This document shows positions 39,941 through 53,433 of a DNA stretch of 64,000 nt, piece after piece. How positions within the stretch are numbered: the stretch's first letter is position 1; each line of letters opens with the position of its first letter. Origin of the DNA: Octopus sinensis (taxonomy: Eukaryota); contig NC_042999.1 of the NCBI RefSeq assembly GCF_006345805.1, positions 128,898,001-128,962,000 on the forward strand, in the 5' to 3' direction. Made by a program: the position numbers and the translations under genes. The notes under the pieces were generated by a model. It made no database searches. It worked only from the letters and a program-made list of their open reading frames with translations, and had not been told where the DNA came from.

Positions 39941-40567
39941 TTTGTTTTTAGGAGAGGAAAGCAATGAGCAAGGTTACAATGTGGATAGAGTTCTGCTGCC
40001 AGTGTGCAGTGGGAAAAGGAGAAAAGGATGAATTAGAAATAACCAGAGTATGTGAGGAAGAAAAAAACAGATATATCTTGCTTTATATATATATTTTTTG
40101 GCAAGAGAGAAACCATAAGATAGGAGGGGATTAAGGAAGTAAGTAGGGGACAGGCTTATAATGAAACTGACCAGCCAATAATAATTAGGAAAGTGAGTTT
40201 TTTGTTACATGCACTGTTCTTGAAATGTTCAACATATCTCTAAAATTTATCTTTGGACATATATTCATTGAACATACATTAGTCGTCGTCGTCGTCGTCG
40301 TCGTTTAACGTCCGTTCTCCATGCTAGCATGGGTTGGACGGTTCGACCGGGGTTCTGGGAAGCCAGAAGGCTGCACCAGGCTCCAGTCTAATTTGGCAAT
40401 GTTTCTACAGCTGGATGCCCCTCCTAACGCCAACCACTCTGTGAGTGTAGTGGGTGCTTTTTACGTGCCACCTGCACAGGTGCCAGGCGGGGCTGGCAAC
40501 GGCCACGGTCAGATTGGTGTATTTTATGTGCCACCGGCACGGAAGCCAGTCGAGGCGGTGCTGGCAT

Positions 40568-40983
40568 CGGCCACGAGTCGGATAGTGCTTTTTACGTACC
40601 ACCAGACCAGGGATCCTGGCTGGTTCAATTCGATTTCGATTTCGCTTGCCCCAACATGTCTTCACAAGCAAAGGGGGTTGGCAAGGGTGCCTGTCGTACG
40701 GTCGCATTGGAGTATTTTACGTGTCACGGCCACGAGTCGGATAGTGCTTTTTACGTACCACCAGACCAGGGATCCTGGCTGGTTCAATTCGATTTCGATT
40801 TCGCTTGCCCCAACATGTCTTCACAAGCAAAGGGGGTTGGCATGGGTGCCTGTCGTACGGTCGCATTGGAGTATTTTACGTGCCACGGCCCCGAGTCGGA
40901 TAGTGCTTTTTACGTACCACCAGGCCAGGGATCCTGGCTGGTTCAATTTGGTTTCGATTTCGCTTGCCCCAACATGTCTTCGC
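40568..40983. repeat. 159-bp tandem repeat, about 2.6 copies, inside an RTE 3' UTR
   Basis: Units start at 40568, 40727 and 40886 (cggcc(a/c)cgagtcggatagtgc); CpG-rich with very few differences. Confidence 0.92.
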
Positions 40984-41200
40984 AGTATAGTATACTGATT
41001 AATTAAATTACAATGTCTCCCTACAAATCAGCTGTATGTGAACCCATTTGTCTCGACAGAATGTAATTTACTGTAATTAATATAAAAATATTTAGATGTA
41101 AATAATATACAAAGCATACAGATGTATATGTGAGTGTATTATGTGTGTGTGTTCATGCATGCATGGGTGTGTGCATGCATGTATGCATGTGTGTATGTAT

Positions 41201-41259
<59 letters not shown>

Positions 41260-41631
41260 GAGAGAGAGGATAAGGGATAATATACATATATATATATATA
41301 TACACACATACATGCACATATTTTAGGTTAGTAATTCCAATTACTTTCGTACATTGATTCCAAAATAATCTTTATAATAATGGTTATTTTGAAATCGATG
41401 AAGTCGTGTAATTGTTTCAGTAGTAAGTTTCTTGACTTACTATTTTATAGAGTATTGATCTGTAATCAATAAAGGGACAGGGCACGTACCAATTTCTTTT
41501 AATAGCATCGGAATATATAAATAATTATTGGAAATGTCTTCACAAACACTATAAAGTGAAATATTATTATTATTATCACCATCATCGCCCATCATCGTCG
41601 TCGTCGTCGTCATCATCATCATCATCATCAT

Positions 41632-43690
41632 TCAGTAGTTTTATTTTTATTATGTGCTTTCACTGCACTACCAAGCTCAGCTCTGTTTGCCTTGGGTATG
41701 TAGTGTTTTTCTTTTTGTGTTGTTATTGTCCCTGTATTGAAAGTGATTCATGTTGGATGCTGGCAGTGCTATTTTTTGTATGTAATATATATTTGTAAGT
41801 CCTGGTCTTTTGGTTATGTATTTATCAGTATGTTTCTTAATCTTCTGTTTTTAAGCTCCACATTTGGTTTATCTCTATTTCCAGATCTTTGTATTTTGAG
41901 AATTTCTCTGTTTCTTTTAAAGATACATTATCATCTGTTGGGATTGATACAGCAATTAGCAGGTATTTTTTTTCGTTGGTGATCTCTGACAACTATATCT
42001 AGTCTATTAGTCTTGATTTCTCCAACTGTGTGTATTGGCATATCCCAGAGCATGGTTGCTTTGTCATTTTCTGAGATCTTTTCTGGGATATACCTATACC
42101 ATCTTTTTTCTGTTGTCATTCCATAGTGCTGGTATAGTTTCCAGTGTATGTAGGTCCTAACTCTGTTATGCCTGGGGACATATTCCTTCTTAGCAGGACT
42201 GGGCTTTCCCCATCACCACACATTTACTGTTACTTAATGTATTTTTCTTCATTATGTGTTTCTGGTGGAGAGGCTTTGATCTTGCACTGCAATTAAAAAC
42301 CCTTCAGTCACTGATTTCAGTCTTGAGTTTCTCAACCATTTTGGGGATTTTACTGTGTCTATTTCTTCCTATTTAGCTTATCCCATTTTTACCATGTAAG
42401 AGATTTTCTTGCTATCATTTTATCATGGTATTTTATAGTTCCAGTTTTAGCTTAGATTTTAGTTGCTTCACAGCCATTATTGTTTTTGTTTTTTTCTTCA
42501 TAGTTGTCAGGTATTATGACCTCTTTCTTGTATTTTTTGGCTTTCTTGAAGACAGCAAATGCTTTTTTGTTTTGCTCACGCTTTGTGGCTATTTGTACCA
42601 GTTTTCCTTGGTTCTGAGTTAGATATTTCTGTAATCCTATGGTGGATATTTTTTAATAGTTTTCTAGTTGTATAAGGCCTTTTCCACCTTCATTTCATTG
42701 TATGGTATATATAACCTTTCAATGTCAGATTTTGGGTGATGTATTTTAAATTTTGCCTTTATTTTTCTTGTTTTCTGGTCTAGTTTAGTTAGTTCATCTA
42801 ATGACCAACTGAGGATGTTGTAACTGTAACTTATAACTAGGACATACCTATTATCTTGTTTTTCCCATTGAGCTCTGTTGTAAGCATTAAGCTAATTTAC
42901 TTCCTTATCTTCTCTTTCAGTCATCTGCATTGTACCATATCTAGTTCATTGATTCTTAAGTATATGTATATCTGGGTTTGGTCTAATTCTCTTATTTCAT
43001 TTTCTTTATCTAGTGTGATATTGTTACTCTTAACTAGGTTTCCTCTTTTCAAGGTGGCTTTCGCACATTTTTCTAAGTCAAATTTCATATCTATTTCTTT
43101 GGTAAATCCATGCACTGTCTGTACTAATATTTCCAATTGTTTATCAGTTGCAACATACAGTTTTAGATCATTCATGTACAAGAGATGGTTGATTGTTTTA
43201 CCAGAGCAGTTGTGTCCATGTCCAGTTCTGTTTAACATGTCAGTTAGAGGTTTCAGTGCCAGACAGAAAAGGAGTAGAGAGTGTGAGTCTCCTTGGAATA
43301 TTCCACTCATGTGGGTTGCAAGTTACTACCTGTAACTTTAGGTATCCACAAGCTTTTAATAGTCTTTCTGTTTCTTCTTCAATTTTTCATATTGTTCCCT
43401 ATGAATGTCTTCACAGTTGGATGACCTGAGAATTCCATATCTCTTTGTAGCTTAGTTTTAGCTGTTGATAGACTGCTTGTATGATATTCACCAACATTTT
43501 ATCATTCCCGTGTTCCTTGCAATTGGACCCTGTTTCTTCCTCTCATATTGTACCTGTCTTCTAGGTTATACAGCTGATTCATTAGGTTCTAATTAATGAT
43601 TTGAAGAACTATGGGTGGATCTCATACAGTTTCAATAGTTGGCTTCTCTTCTTGCATTTTGTCTTTGGTTTGAGTTTGTGTCCTATAATT
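41632..43690 (-). mobile_element. R4/Dong-clade non-LTR retrotransposon (RT plus RLE region), decayed
   Basis: ORF 42921..43310 gives GIFQGDSHSLLLFC and HLLYMNDLKLY; ORF 41931..42119 gives WYRYIPEKISENDKATMLWDMPIHT...NRLDIVV. Confidence 0.88.
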
Positions 43691-43724
43691 TCTGTTATTT
43701 TAATTTATTATTATTTATTATTTA

Positions 43725-43785
<61 letters not shown>

Positions 43786-45789
43786 GGTGGTAAACTGGCA
43801 AAGTCATTAGCATGTCAGGCAAAATACTTAGCAGCATTTTGTCAATCTCTCCATTGTGAGTTCAAGTTCTGCTGAGGTCGACTTTCATCCTTTTGAGGTA
43901 GATAAACTAAGTACCAGTTGAGCACTGGAATTAATGTAATCAACTTAACCTCTCCCTGCTGGCCAAAATTTGAAACCGTTGTTGTTGTTGATGGTGGTGG
44001 TGGTGGTGGTGGGGATGGTGGTGGTGGCAGCGGCAGTGGTGACGGTCAATGAAATAAGTACCAGTTGAGCACTGTGATTGAGATAATTGACTTGCCTTCT
44101 CCTCTAACACAGAATTTATTTCATCATCATCATGCTGGCATGGGTTGGATGGTTTGACTGAGGACTGGCGAGCTAGATGGCTACACCAGGCTCCAATCTG
44201 ATCTGGCAGAGTTTCTACAGCTGGATGCCCTTCCTAATGCCAATTACGCCAAGAGTGTAGTGGGTGCTTTTACATGCCACTGGCACGAGGGCCAGTCAGG
44301 CAGTACTTGCAACAGCCATGCTCAAATGGTGTTTTTTATGTGCCACCTGCACAGGAGCCAGTTTGTAATTATTGTTACCTCCAGCAATGGTCTACTACCC
44401 TTGTGCTTCTTCTACTTCTGCCCCTCTTTATTTTCCCCTCCACCTCTTCTGGACAGAAAAATCTTCCTTTAGCTCTCACACACATATGTATCTGGCTGAC
44501 TTTCTCTCTGATCCTACAAAAGAATACAACTCTTGAACAACCTTATTGTCTTCAGAGAGGACAAAACTCAGGAATATCTGCAAGTTTATGCAGATCTCAT
44601 ATGCTTTGTGTTATGTCAGTGCTAATCCTCTGCCCATACTGTTTCACAAAGTTGATGATAAGCCAGAGGTCAGTGTTTGGAATCATGTCCTAGTTGTGAA
44701 CATTGTGTTTTGTCTCCCTGCTGTGGGTATGTATGTTATGCACCAGCTCCTCCTGTTTTCTTGTCACTTCCTCAGTTTCAAACACCAAGCACATGCTTCC
44801 ATATGCTCTGCTCTAATCGACAGAGCACACATCATTGCTACACACTGACCAGGGTTTCTACTGATTGTCCCTTTTGAGGAGTAGAGGGTTATCATTGTCT
44901 CCCTTGCCCTTTCTTAAATGAATTTCTTGGGCAAGGAGATACTGTTTTTTGTGGCACGTCACTCAAAAGTTATTTTCTTTTCCAAGAGTTGACTTATGTT
45001 TAATACTACTTTCTGATTGGCTGCTTTTGTTTGCAAAATTTACATTTTCTTCACTTATGTTGTTAAAATGTGCTTATTTTTGCGATTATCATTTTTTACT
45101 GTTTATATTACTTTTGAAATCAATTTTTCTTTTACAAGGTGTGGGGTCATATTGACTGTCACCATATAAATATATATGTATATATATGTATATTTAGATA
45201 TATATGGTATCATCAGATCCCAAAAAAGGCCTCTATAGTGAGTGGTTTCTCTAGAATATGGAGGAGGAAATGAGTTCATTACTCTTAATAATAGTAGTAG
45301 CAGCAGAAACACAAACAGAACCAACAGCACCATCGCCAGTGACAGCAATGGCAGTACCCCTAACGACAACAGTAGCATCATCAGCAGGTTCCCTAATGGC
45401 TATGTCTACAATAACAGGCCCGACAGTTCCAATAGCTGCAGTCAGAGTACTATTACCAGAAATAACAACAATAACAGCGATGACAGCAGTGGCAGTATCC
45501 GTAGTGGAAATAGCAGAGACATTGCCAATGACATCCACAGCAGCAATGACAGCACCTCCATCAATGGCAATAGCCACAATAACAACAACGGCACCTTTAC
45601 CAACACCAGTAGTGGTGGTACCAACACCATCACCACTCCAATAACGCCAACACCAACAGTGCTAGCGCCAACACAAACAGCGCCAGCACTGGTCCTGGCA
45701 ACAGCAGCAGCAACGATGCCAACGCCAACAGACACACCACTGCCAACACCAACAGGCATGCCACTGCCGACACCTAACCACAGAGATAC

Positions 45790-46214
45790 ATCAGCTGTTC
45801 CAGGACAATGCCTCTCCAACTTCAGATCCTCCTTCAGGATCTTCATCATGGAGATTCATCATGTCATTAGCCAGCCATATATGGCAGCTAGTAGTCAATG
45901 GGATTCTTTCTATACACAATATCATGGAGAATCATAGAGAATCCAGGCCCCTACAATAATGGAACCAATTGCTGTAAATTATGCATAGTGGAATATGTGA
46001 AGATCCTAAAGGACTCACTTGACCCAGGGAACATCCTGAACTCCAGAACGGAGGTATTCAGACTGTGCTTGCATTTCAGGAAATTCCTGCTAGCCTATTG
46101 GAATTCATGAGATAACAAGGTCACCAGCAATCGATAGCCAAAGGAACACAACCCCCTTTGTTGACATCATCGGCAATTGATAGCCAAGGGGAAACAATCC
46201 CTTTTGTTGACATT
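45790..46214 (+). mobile_element. Penelope-like element GIY-YIG endonuclease C-terminal remnant with downstream 46-bp tandem repeat
   Basis: SLASHIWQL (frameshifted), then WRIIENPGPYNNGTNCCKLCIVE...ILNSRTEVFRLCLHFRKFLL, typical of the PLE C-terminus (CxLC...LNxRxE...CxHxxKFLL). Confidence 0.7.
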
Positions 46215-46782
46215 GAGTAATGAGCTCATTTCCACCTCCATATTCTAGAGAGGCTATAGTAGAAGGCACTTTCCCAAGGTGCCATGGTATTTTTCTTCAG
46301 GATTAAATTAGAAGACAACAAATGGAATATATGACATACCTGTATATATGAATATAATTTAAAAAAACGTAGTAAATAAACATACGAACATATACTAAAT
46401 ACACAGATGAACAGAAAACACAGAAGGTCACCAACTCCTCTTCCATTATCAGCCAGTGGGTCAAGTGCAATTTAGTCATTATTGATAATATTGCTTCCAC
46501 TCTGGAGACATCAGCAGGAAACTTGCTGGGAATGGGATCAAAACATAACAAAACAAGATGGGCTCAAGATGAGACCATTAGTGAACGGACAAAAGACAAA
46601 ACAATAAACAGAATAAAGACTTAGGGACACATGGAGACAACAATTAAAATGATATTAATACATATACAGCAAAAAAAAAAAAGAGTTAAAATGCCTTAGG
46701 GCTGCAAGACAAGACAAAAATGAGTAATGTGAAGGAGAAATGAAAACTGTCCAACAGGACTATGGACACAGGTGGGGTAGAG

Positions 46783-46872
46783 TGACCAGTCCAGTCAAAG
46801 GCAAGCAAAAAAGAATGACACCGTCTAAGGCCATCACAGATCGTGTGATAGTGGGAGGAGGGTAACAGAGAA

Positions 46873-46907
<35 letters not shown>

Positions 46908-47110
46908 AGAGAAACAGACAGAGAGAGAAAGGAAGGAAATTAAGAGAAGTAAAGAGCTCAGAAAATCATGACCAGTCTGGTCAAAGGTAATGTGAAAAAG
47001 AATGACACTGCCTTAGGCCATCACGGATCACATGATAGTGGGAGGAGAGTAACAGAGAAAGAAAGACGGCAAGAGAGAGAGAGAGAGAGAGAAAGGAAAT
47101 TAAGAGAAAC
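46783..47110. repeat. Diverged tandem duplication of about 185 bp containing (GA)n
   Basis: tgaccagtccagtcaaagg...gtgggaggagggtaacagagaaag recurs at about 46969 as tgaccagtctggtcaaagg...gtgggaggagagtaacagagaaag. Confidence 0.75.
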
Positions 47111-47917
47111 ACAGTAGTGTCGCCATTATATATTTTAATTTTGCACATGTGCATTGTTTGTTTTACATTTTGTCAACTACACAGTATAGCAGGGTCAGTT
47201 GGGCACTGTCTGTGAGAAAAACAGCACCATGGCACAATTAACTCTGCCAGTAATTTGGAAGCGACATGCTGTACTGCTTAGCATTCATGCCGGAGGCTCC
47301 AATCCGAACATATTGGAGTGTTTGGGTATCAATCTGAAGATATGTACCAAGAGTGATAAAAATCAAATATCCAGTCAACGTCATGGTGTTTGGAGTGATC
47401 ACTAGTGATGGCGACATTATGCCTCCATTCATCTTCCCATGCAGTTTCAGACTCCATACGGAGGCCTACATCAAGTACCTGGAGGAGGTAGTGCAGCCCT
47501 GAGTCAAGAGGGTGACTGCTGGAAGACCCTATGTCTAGCAACAGGATTTTGCACCATGCCATACAAGAAGGACAACCCAATCATGGCTGTCAAACAATTT
47601 CTGCGACCACATCACCCCTAACATCTGGTCACCAAACTCCCTAGACTGCAACTCCCTTGATTATTATGTGTGGGGTGCAGTTGAGCAAGAGACCAACAAA
47701 ACTCCTTGTAACACCAAAGAGGAAATGAAAGCAAGGATTATGGCAGCATAACTTAAATAAGAAGACTGTCCAAAAGAATTGCAGGAGATCCTGAAGTCTT
47801 CTGGAGGCCATGGTTGAAGCCTATGGCGATTTTATTGAATAAATTAACCCTTTAGTATTACATAAACATATCTTTATGTAATTTTGGTAAATATATCTGT
47901 TTATTCACTGCACCCCA
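47110..47917 (+). mobile_element. maT (DD37D) Tc1-mariner element, internally deleted and decayed
   Basis: VMVFGVITSDG...QQD-FAPCH...NSL-DYYVWG; 37 residues counted between the second and third Asp. Confidence 0.85.
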
Positions 47918-50900
47918 TATATATACACACACACACACATACATATTTTGATAGATTGATAGATATAGATCTATGTATAAATGAATGCATACACACACAT
48001 ATGCACAAATATATATATATAGAGAGAGAGAAGAAGGGGAGGGAGAGAGAGAAGAGAAATTGAGAGAGATGCAATCACATAAACATGCTCATATAAGCAC
48101 ATATGCACAAAATCCACATTTACAGATGCTTCTGTACATCTGCAATTATGTGTGTTCGTGTGTCCATGCATGTATAAATAGATGTGTGTGTGTGTACTTG
48201 AAACTGGAGAGCTGCCAAGTTTCACCAAATCTTATTTCAATTATTTAGCTTCTAATAAATTGAACTAATAAATCAGCTATACTACTTGAATAGAACTGGT
48301 TTCTGATTTTCTGGGTTATTTTTTCATAGTATTTTTTTCTCTGTCTCTTTTCTATGGAGCAATTCAATAAGCTGCCTGTTATAGCATTCCATTGTGATTG
48401 ATGTTCTTTCACTGAAACTCTCAATGTCCTTTCTATCCATTATTTCTTCTTTGTCTCCCTAGAAATTTGTCCAGCCATGCTTAATTTTAGACAAATTTCT
48501 GAAGACAATCTTTGTCTGTGATGATTTTTATCCGGTCTTCAAGCAATATATGAAAGCTTCCAAGTTAATGTTTCACTGAAAGGAAAATTTATTCATAATT
48601 TTCAGTGAACATTTTGTTTGTATTTTCTCTAGTTGTATAATTTCTTAATTCCAATTTTCCACCTAGATTTTCTTTGTTAGTTTGTTTTTTTCGTTTTTTG
48701 AAAGATTTTTTTTTCTATTCTTACTTCATTATTTATAAAGGAAATTGCACTTCCTTGCAGTAGAAACAAATTTTGTTCCTCTTCATAAGAAGTGAAATAT
48801 ATTCTTACCATTATTTCTTCAGTCTTCAATAGTAGAATATTTTCCTTTATTTTTTATCTAATTTAGCGATATCAATATAAGGCAACGTTATGAAGATAGA
48901 TATATTACTATTTTTCTGTTCTTATACTGGGTATTATTATTGTTGCTATTGAAAGCAGTCACATTTCATAGAGTTCTGTTAAGTTAATTCCTTACAAAAT
49001 TACTAAATGGAAATATATACATATACCTGTATATATGTATGTACATATGTGAGCACTTGTGTGTGTGTGGGGGGTGTCTTTTCACCAACAAAGGACTTCA
49101 GAATATTTGGATGTCTGCTCCACTACCTAAGGTGGAAAAGTGGGCTAATCCTTGGACAATTTTTAGTGTATATACATGTCTGCAAAAATTTATTTTCTTT
49201 GATTGTGATTCAATATGACCAACTTTCTGAAAGAAGGAAAAAGTGCTAGTCACCATCGCTGTAGCAGTAAATATGTCCTTTACACTAAATTTTTGCAAGT
49301 AGAAAACTTTGAAAAGGAAAGTAAATCAGAAAAGAATGGCAACTAAACTAACAGACACAGTTATAAACACAAACAATTTACAATTCCCGAAGCACAAAAT
49401 AACATGTTAAAATGCTACACAAATAACAACAGAAATTCATTTTTGCCAGAGTTGTGAAAAGAGGTGATAGACATAAGTCAATTTTGAGCAAAAGAAAATG
49501 TGTAAAAGACTCATGTTACAATAGAGAGTGCTTCTTTGCCTGATGAGTCTACCAAAGGAAGAGCACAACCAGAGAGATTGACCTCAACTTAGACCTATGG
49601 CTCAGTATCATCTTTGCAATTCATTCTGGGCAGATTGCGAGCACAAAGGTGATATATAGCAAGGTAGTCAGGTGAGATTGACACAGACATCTTAGCACTG
49701 GTGCTCCCAAAGATCATAAAGCTACACTGAAGTTATATTTCAGAGTGAGATTCAAAGGGAGGTTAATCATCAGAGTATTGGTGTAAAGCAGAAAGTCCAC
49801 TTACTTCATGTGTAGAAACCTGGACTGTATTAAAGTCTATTGCCCAGAAAAAAAAAACATGAGAAGAGTGGTGATAGACAGCAATGTCTGACAATGGCAG
49901 TTACTACTGTTTGTGCTAGCATGTCACCACCAATGAAAGCTTCAAGGATAACTAGAGTTGAAAGAGAGAGACAAATGGAATCATCTCATCCTCAGTGCCA
50001 CCATCGCCTGCAACAGCAGCAGAAGCAGGCAAATTAGGTTATCAAGGCATCTCCTCATCTAAGAGAGAGTTTGCCAGAGGTTCCAAGTAGCAGTTTCATC
50101 CCATTGTCTTGCAATCATGATATGGAACCTAGAAAAAGATGTGAAAACTATTAAAGACAGCATGAAAAAGGTAGCAGGCATTACCTTACTCAACACATAT
50201 CTTTCTTTTAATCAGTGTTACTAACCTTATAATAATCAACTACAAATTCTACCTCCACCAAAGTAATCAATCATAAAAAGAAAGACACACAATTTTTGTA
50301 TGTGTGTTCTTCCTTTTTACACATTGAAAGAAATTACATGTTGATGCTTCCTTAATTTTCTTACTGGTTTTTGAAGAGGTTTTATTATTTGTTGGGATAT
50401 GCCCTTAACAAAAATCAGTCCTTTCTATTTGGAATTACTTTGAATCTAGCTTTTTTCCATGGTGGTAGTTTTTCCTATATTACATTCAAAACTTCTGGTA
50501 TCACTCTATCCATTTAAATTTTATGTGATACTCAATTTCAATATATTAGTCATTTTTCAGTTAACTCTATTGCTTTGTGCTTTGTTATGTTAGTTAACTT
50601 AGTCATTTGCTTTCAGATAAACAAAACTATTTGCCACTGCTGCTGCTACTATTGCTGCCATTGCTGCTGCTACTACTACTACTACTACTACTACTACAAG
50701 TAGCAGAAGTTTGAGCACTGGAGATTACACAGATAAATAAAATCCAGTGTAGATGTCTTATGCTGACTAGCTTAGTCTTATGATGTCTTTCTTCATTATA
50801 TTAAGGATGTTTCTCTTAATTACAAAGCGTATATCATGGAAACTGACATTGTACTTAATTTTAAAATACAGTCGCTTTTTGGTCTTGAAGCAGAATTGAT

Positions 50901-52666
50901 CCCAAGCATTCCACTGTTGATATTTAATTATATTTGCCTAAAGTATATAATTGGTCTACAATGATGGAGGAGTATGAGAAGAAATAGAAGGTGGGAGAAA
51001 AAGGAGAGTTGTGAAGAATGCTTTTGTTGGAACAATTGTCAAATGCTATTAGGAGAAGATGAAATAAGCAGTTAAGGTTTTTAATTATCAAATAAACTTG
51101 CAGTTAAATAATTTATAATTATACACATTATAAGTGCGAATCTTTCAACTTCTTTTTATTTCATTTTTTTTTTCTACCCAAATTGCTTATTGCACAACAA
51201 GCAGCTAATTAAAGTGGTATCAATTATGTTGTACCCCTATATTTTATTTATTGTATCTCTTTCATTTTAGTAATATATGCATTTAAAAATCTTCTTAAAC
51301 AATGGGAAATTCACAATGCATCACATATCACCAAGATTTCATTATTTGGGAAGTTCACTGTAGGCAGTAAAGTTTTGATGAATGTAACTTAACAACAATA
51401 GACAAGCTTTCAATTTTTAATTAAATAAATGTATTGAAGTGATGTCTGAAATGTAGTTTAAATATTGATGGAAATATGTTATTTTATTTCTGCAAATATT
51501 TCAACTACAGTACTATGGCTCCAAGGTAAATGTTCAAGGAATCCCAACAAATGAGAACATAGTACAGTTATGATAAATGACATTTCATTATGTAATATGA
51601 AGTAATAATTTAAGCAGGACTGTGTATCTTGTTATCATGAACATATGTGTGTAACAATGTGTGTGTGTGAACATTTTTACCATAGCATGTAGATATGAAA
51701 ATGTATGTATACTATTTTGTACGTATGTGTGTAAGAACATGCTCTCATAGAGTGTATGTATGTATCCAAATGTAAATGCTTATGCGACAAATCGACAAAT
51801 CAGACAAATCCTTTTTGGTGAATGTGAACAGCTGGTTGTTATCACAAGCTACTTCTGACAGTTGTGACTTGGTTGCCATAGTGGCAACAATGATGGCTCC
51901 TACCTGCCCTAAGCTGGGTAGGTAGCAGTTATTGCTGTCTCAGATAATGCTTTTACTGCCAGGCACAAAGTAAAGTGACTGAAGAAGTGAAGTTTAATGA
52001 ATTATCTCTGTCTTTGTACATTCTAATTTTATAATTAGTCATCAAAAAATAGCTCATGAAATGGAATGGCAATCACTCAAGTAATTGGCTGAAATTAAAA
52101 CAACAAAAAAAATCTTCTGTTACCAAGGCAAAAAATTGATAAGTGCAAAAATGTATACTCAAATTTTTCATTGGAAATTTTACTAGACCCTACTCTCATG
52201 AATCATGCTAAGAGTTTTGATTAGAGAACCACAGGTTCAGGTTTCAAATTTGGTCAGAATTCCTGTTATGTTACTAGTCACTATAAATCCAAAGGAAATT
52301 TTATTTCTCATCTATTTAAGTAGGTTAGTCATACATCCATATTTTCCAGGTCATGTCCTGAATTCAGATGTCAAAATTTGTGTCCAGGATGAATTTTCAA
52401 AATTTTCCCAAAATTTGGCATTTCAGCTTACATCACTTAAAAAATTGTGTGTGTGTATGTGTGTGTGTATCATTCAATACAATCTCTAAAGTTAGCATTA
52501 GGATGGGCATCCAACTGTAGAAATCATGCCAAAGATATTGGAGCTTGATGCAGCCTTGCAGTTCACAAGTTCTCTGTCAAACCATCCTACCCATACCAGT
52601 ATGAAAAGTGGACATTAAATGGTAATGATGAGGATAATGATATCCCTCTCTTTCTCTCTCTCTCTC

Positions 52667-52710
<44 letters not shown>

Positions 52711-52982
52711 CACACCAAGTCCAAAAAAATCTGTAGTCTGTAATGAGAAATAGACATATACATATTATCATTGTCATCATCATCATCATCAAGTAATGTT
52801 TGTTTTCCATGCTGGCATGGGTTGGACAGTTTCACAGGAGCTGGTAAGTGAGATGACTGCATCAAACTTCACCGTCTGCTTTGGTATAGATTTTTTTATG
52901 GCTGGATCTCCTTCATGATGCTAATCATTTCATAGAGTGGGCTGGGTGCTTTTTACACGGTATCAGCACCAGTACATATTCA

Positions 52983-53054
<72 letters not shown>

Positions 53055-53121
53055 TGTATATATATATATATATATTTCGTTTTTGGATTTGGTTTGCAAG
53101 ATTCTTTATATGTGTTGAAGC

Positions 53122-53408
53122 ATATTCTGTTGTGTCGGGGAGAGTCATTTTCTTTTTGTGCTTTATAATGTAACACACTCACTGGTAAAATTTCCACTTA
53201 TTTCTTATTTTTATTTTCCTAAAATTTTCATTGCATCTTGCAACCCTTTCAATAGTCTTGACTATTGAAAAGGTTGCAAGATGCAACGAAAGATACAACG
53301 AAAATTTTAGGAAAATAAAAATAAGAAATAAGTGGAAATTTTATCGCTGAGTGTGCTACATTATAAGGCATAAAAAGAAAATGACTCTCTTCAGACACAA
53401 CAGAATAT
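53122..53408. mobile_element. Palindromic MITE, about 136-bp left arm and 2-nt loop (caatagtc-tt-gactattg)
   Basis: Arms are reverse complements; the right arm has an extra short direct duplication; flanked by TA. Confidence 0.88.
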
Positions 53409-53433
53409 ATATATATATATATGTACACATACA

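Noticed and set aside
40321-40998. 225-aa ORF with repeated 53-aa unit; also considered as a CRISPR-like array
   Set aside because: Antisense to an RTE 3' UTR and kept open by the 159-bp repeat; the units are identical throughout with no unique spacers.
44500-44950. Possible retroelement ORF1 remnant on the minus strand
   Set aside because: No recognisable motif in any frame; could not assign.
49540-49566. Perfect CTGATGA followed by GTC
   Set aside because: No closing stem II, GAAA or stem III follows.
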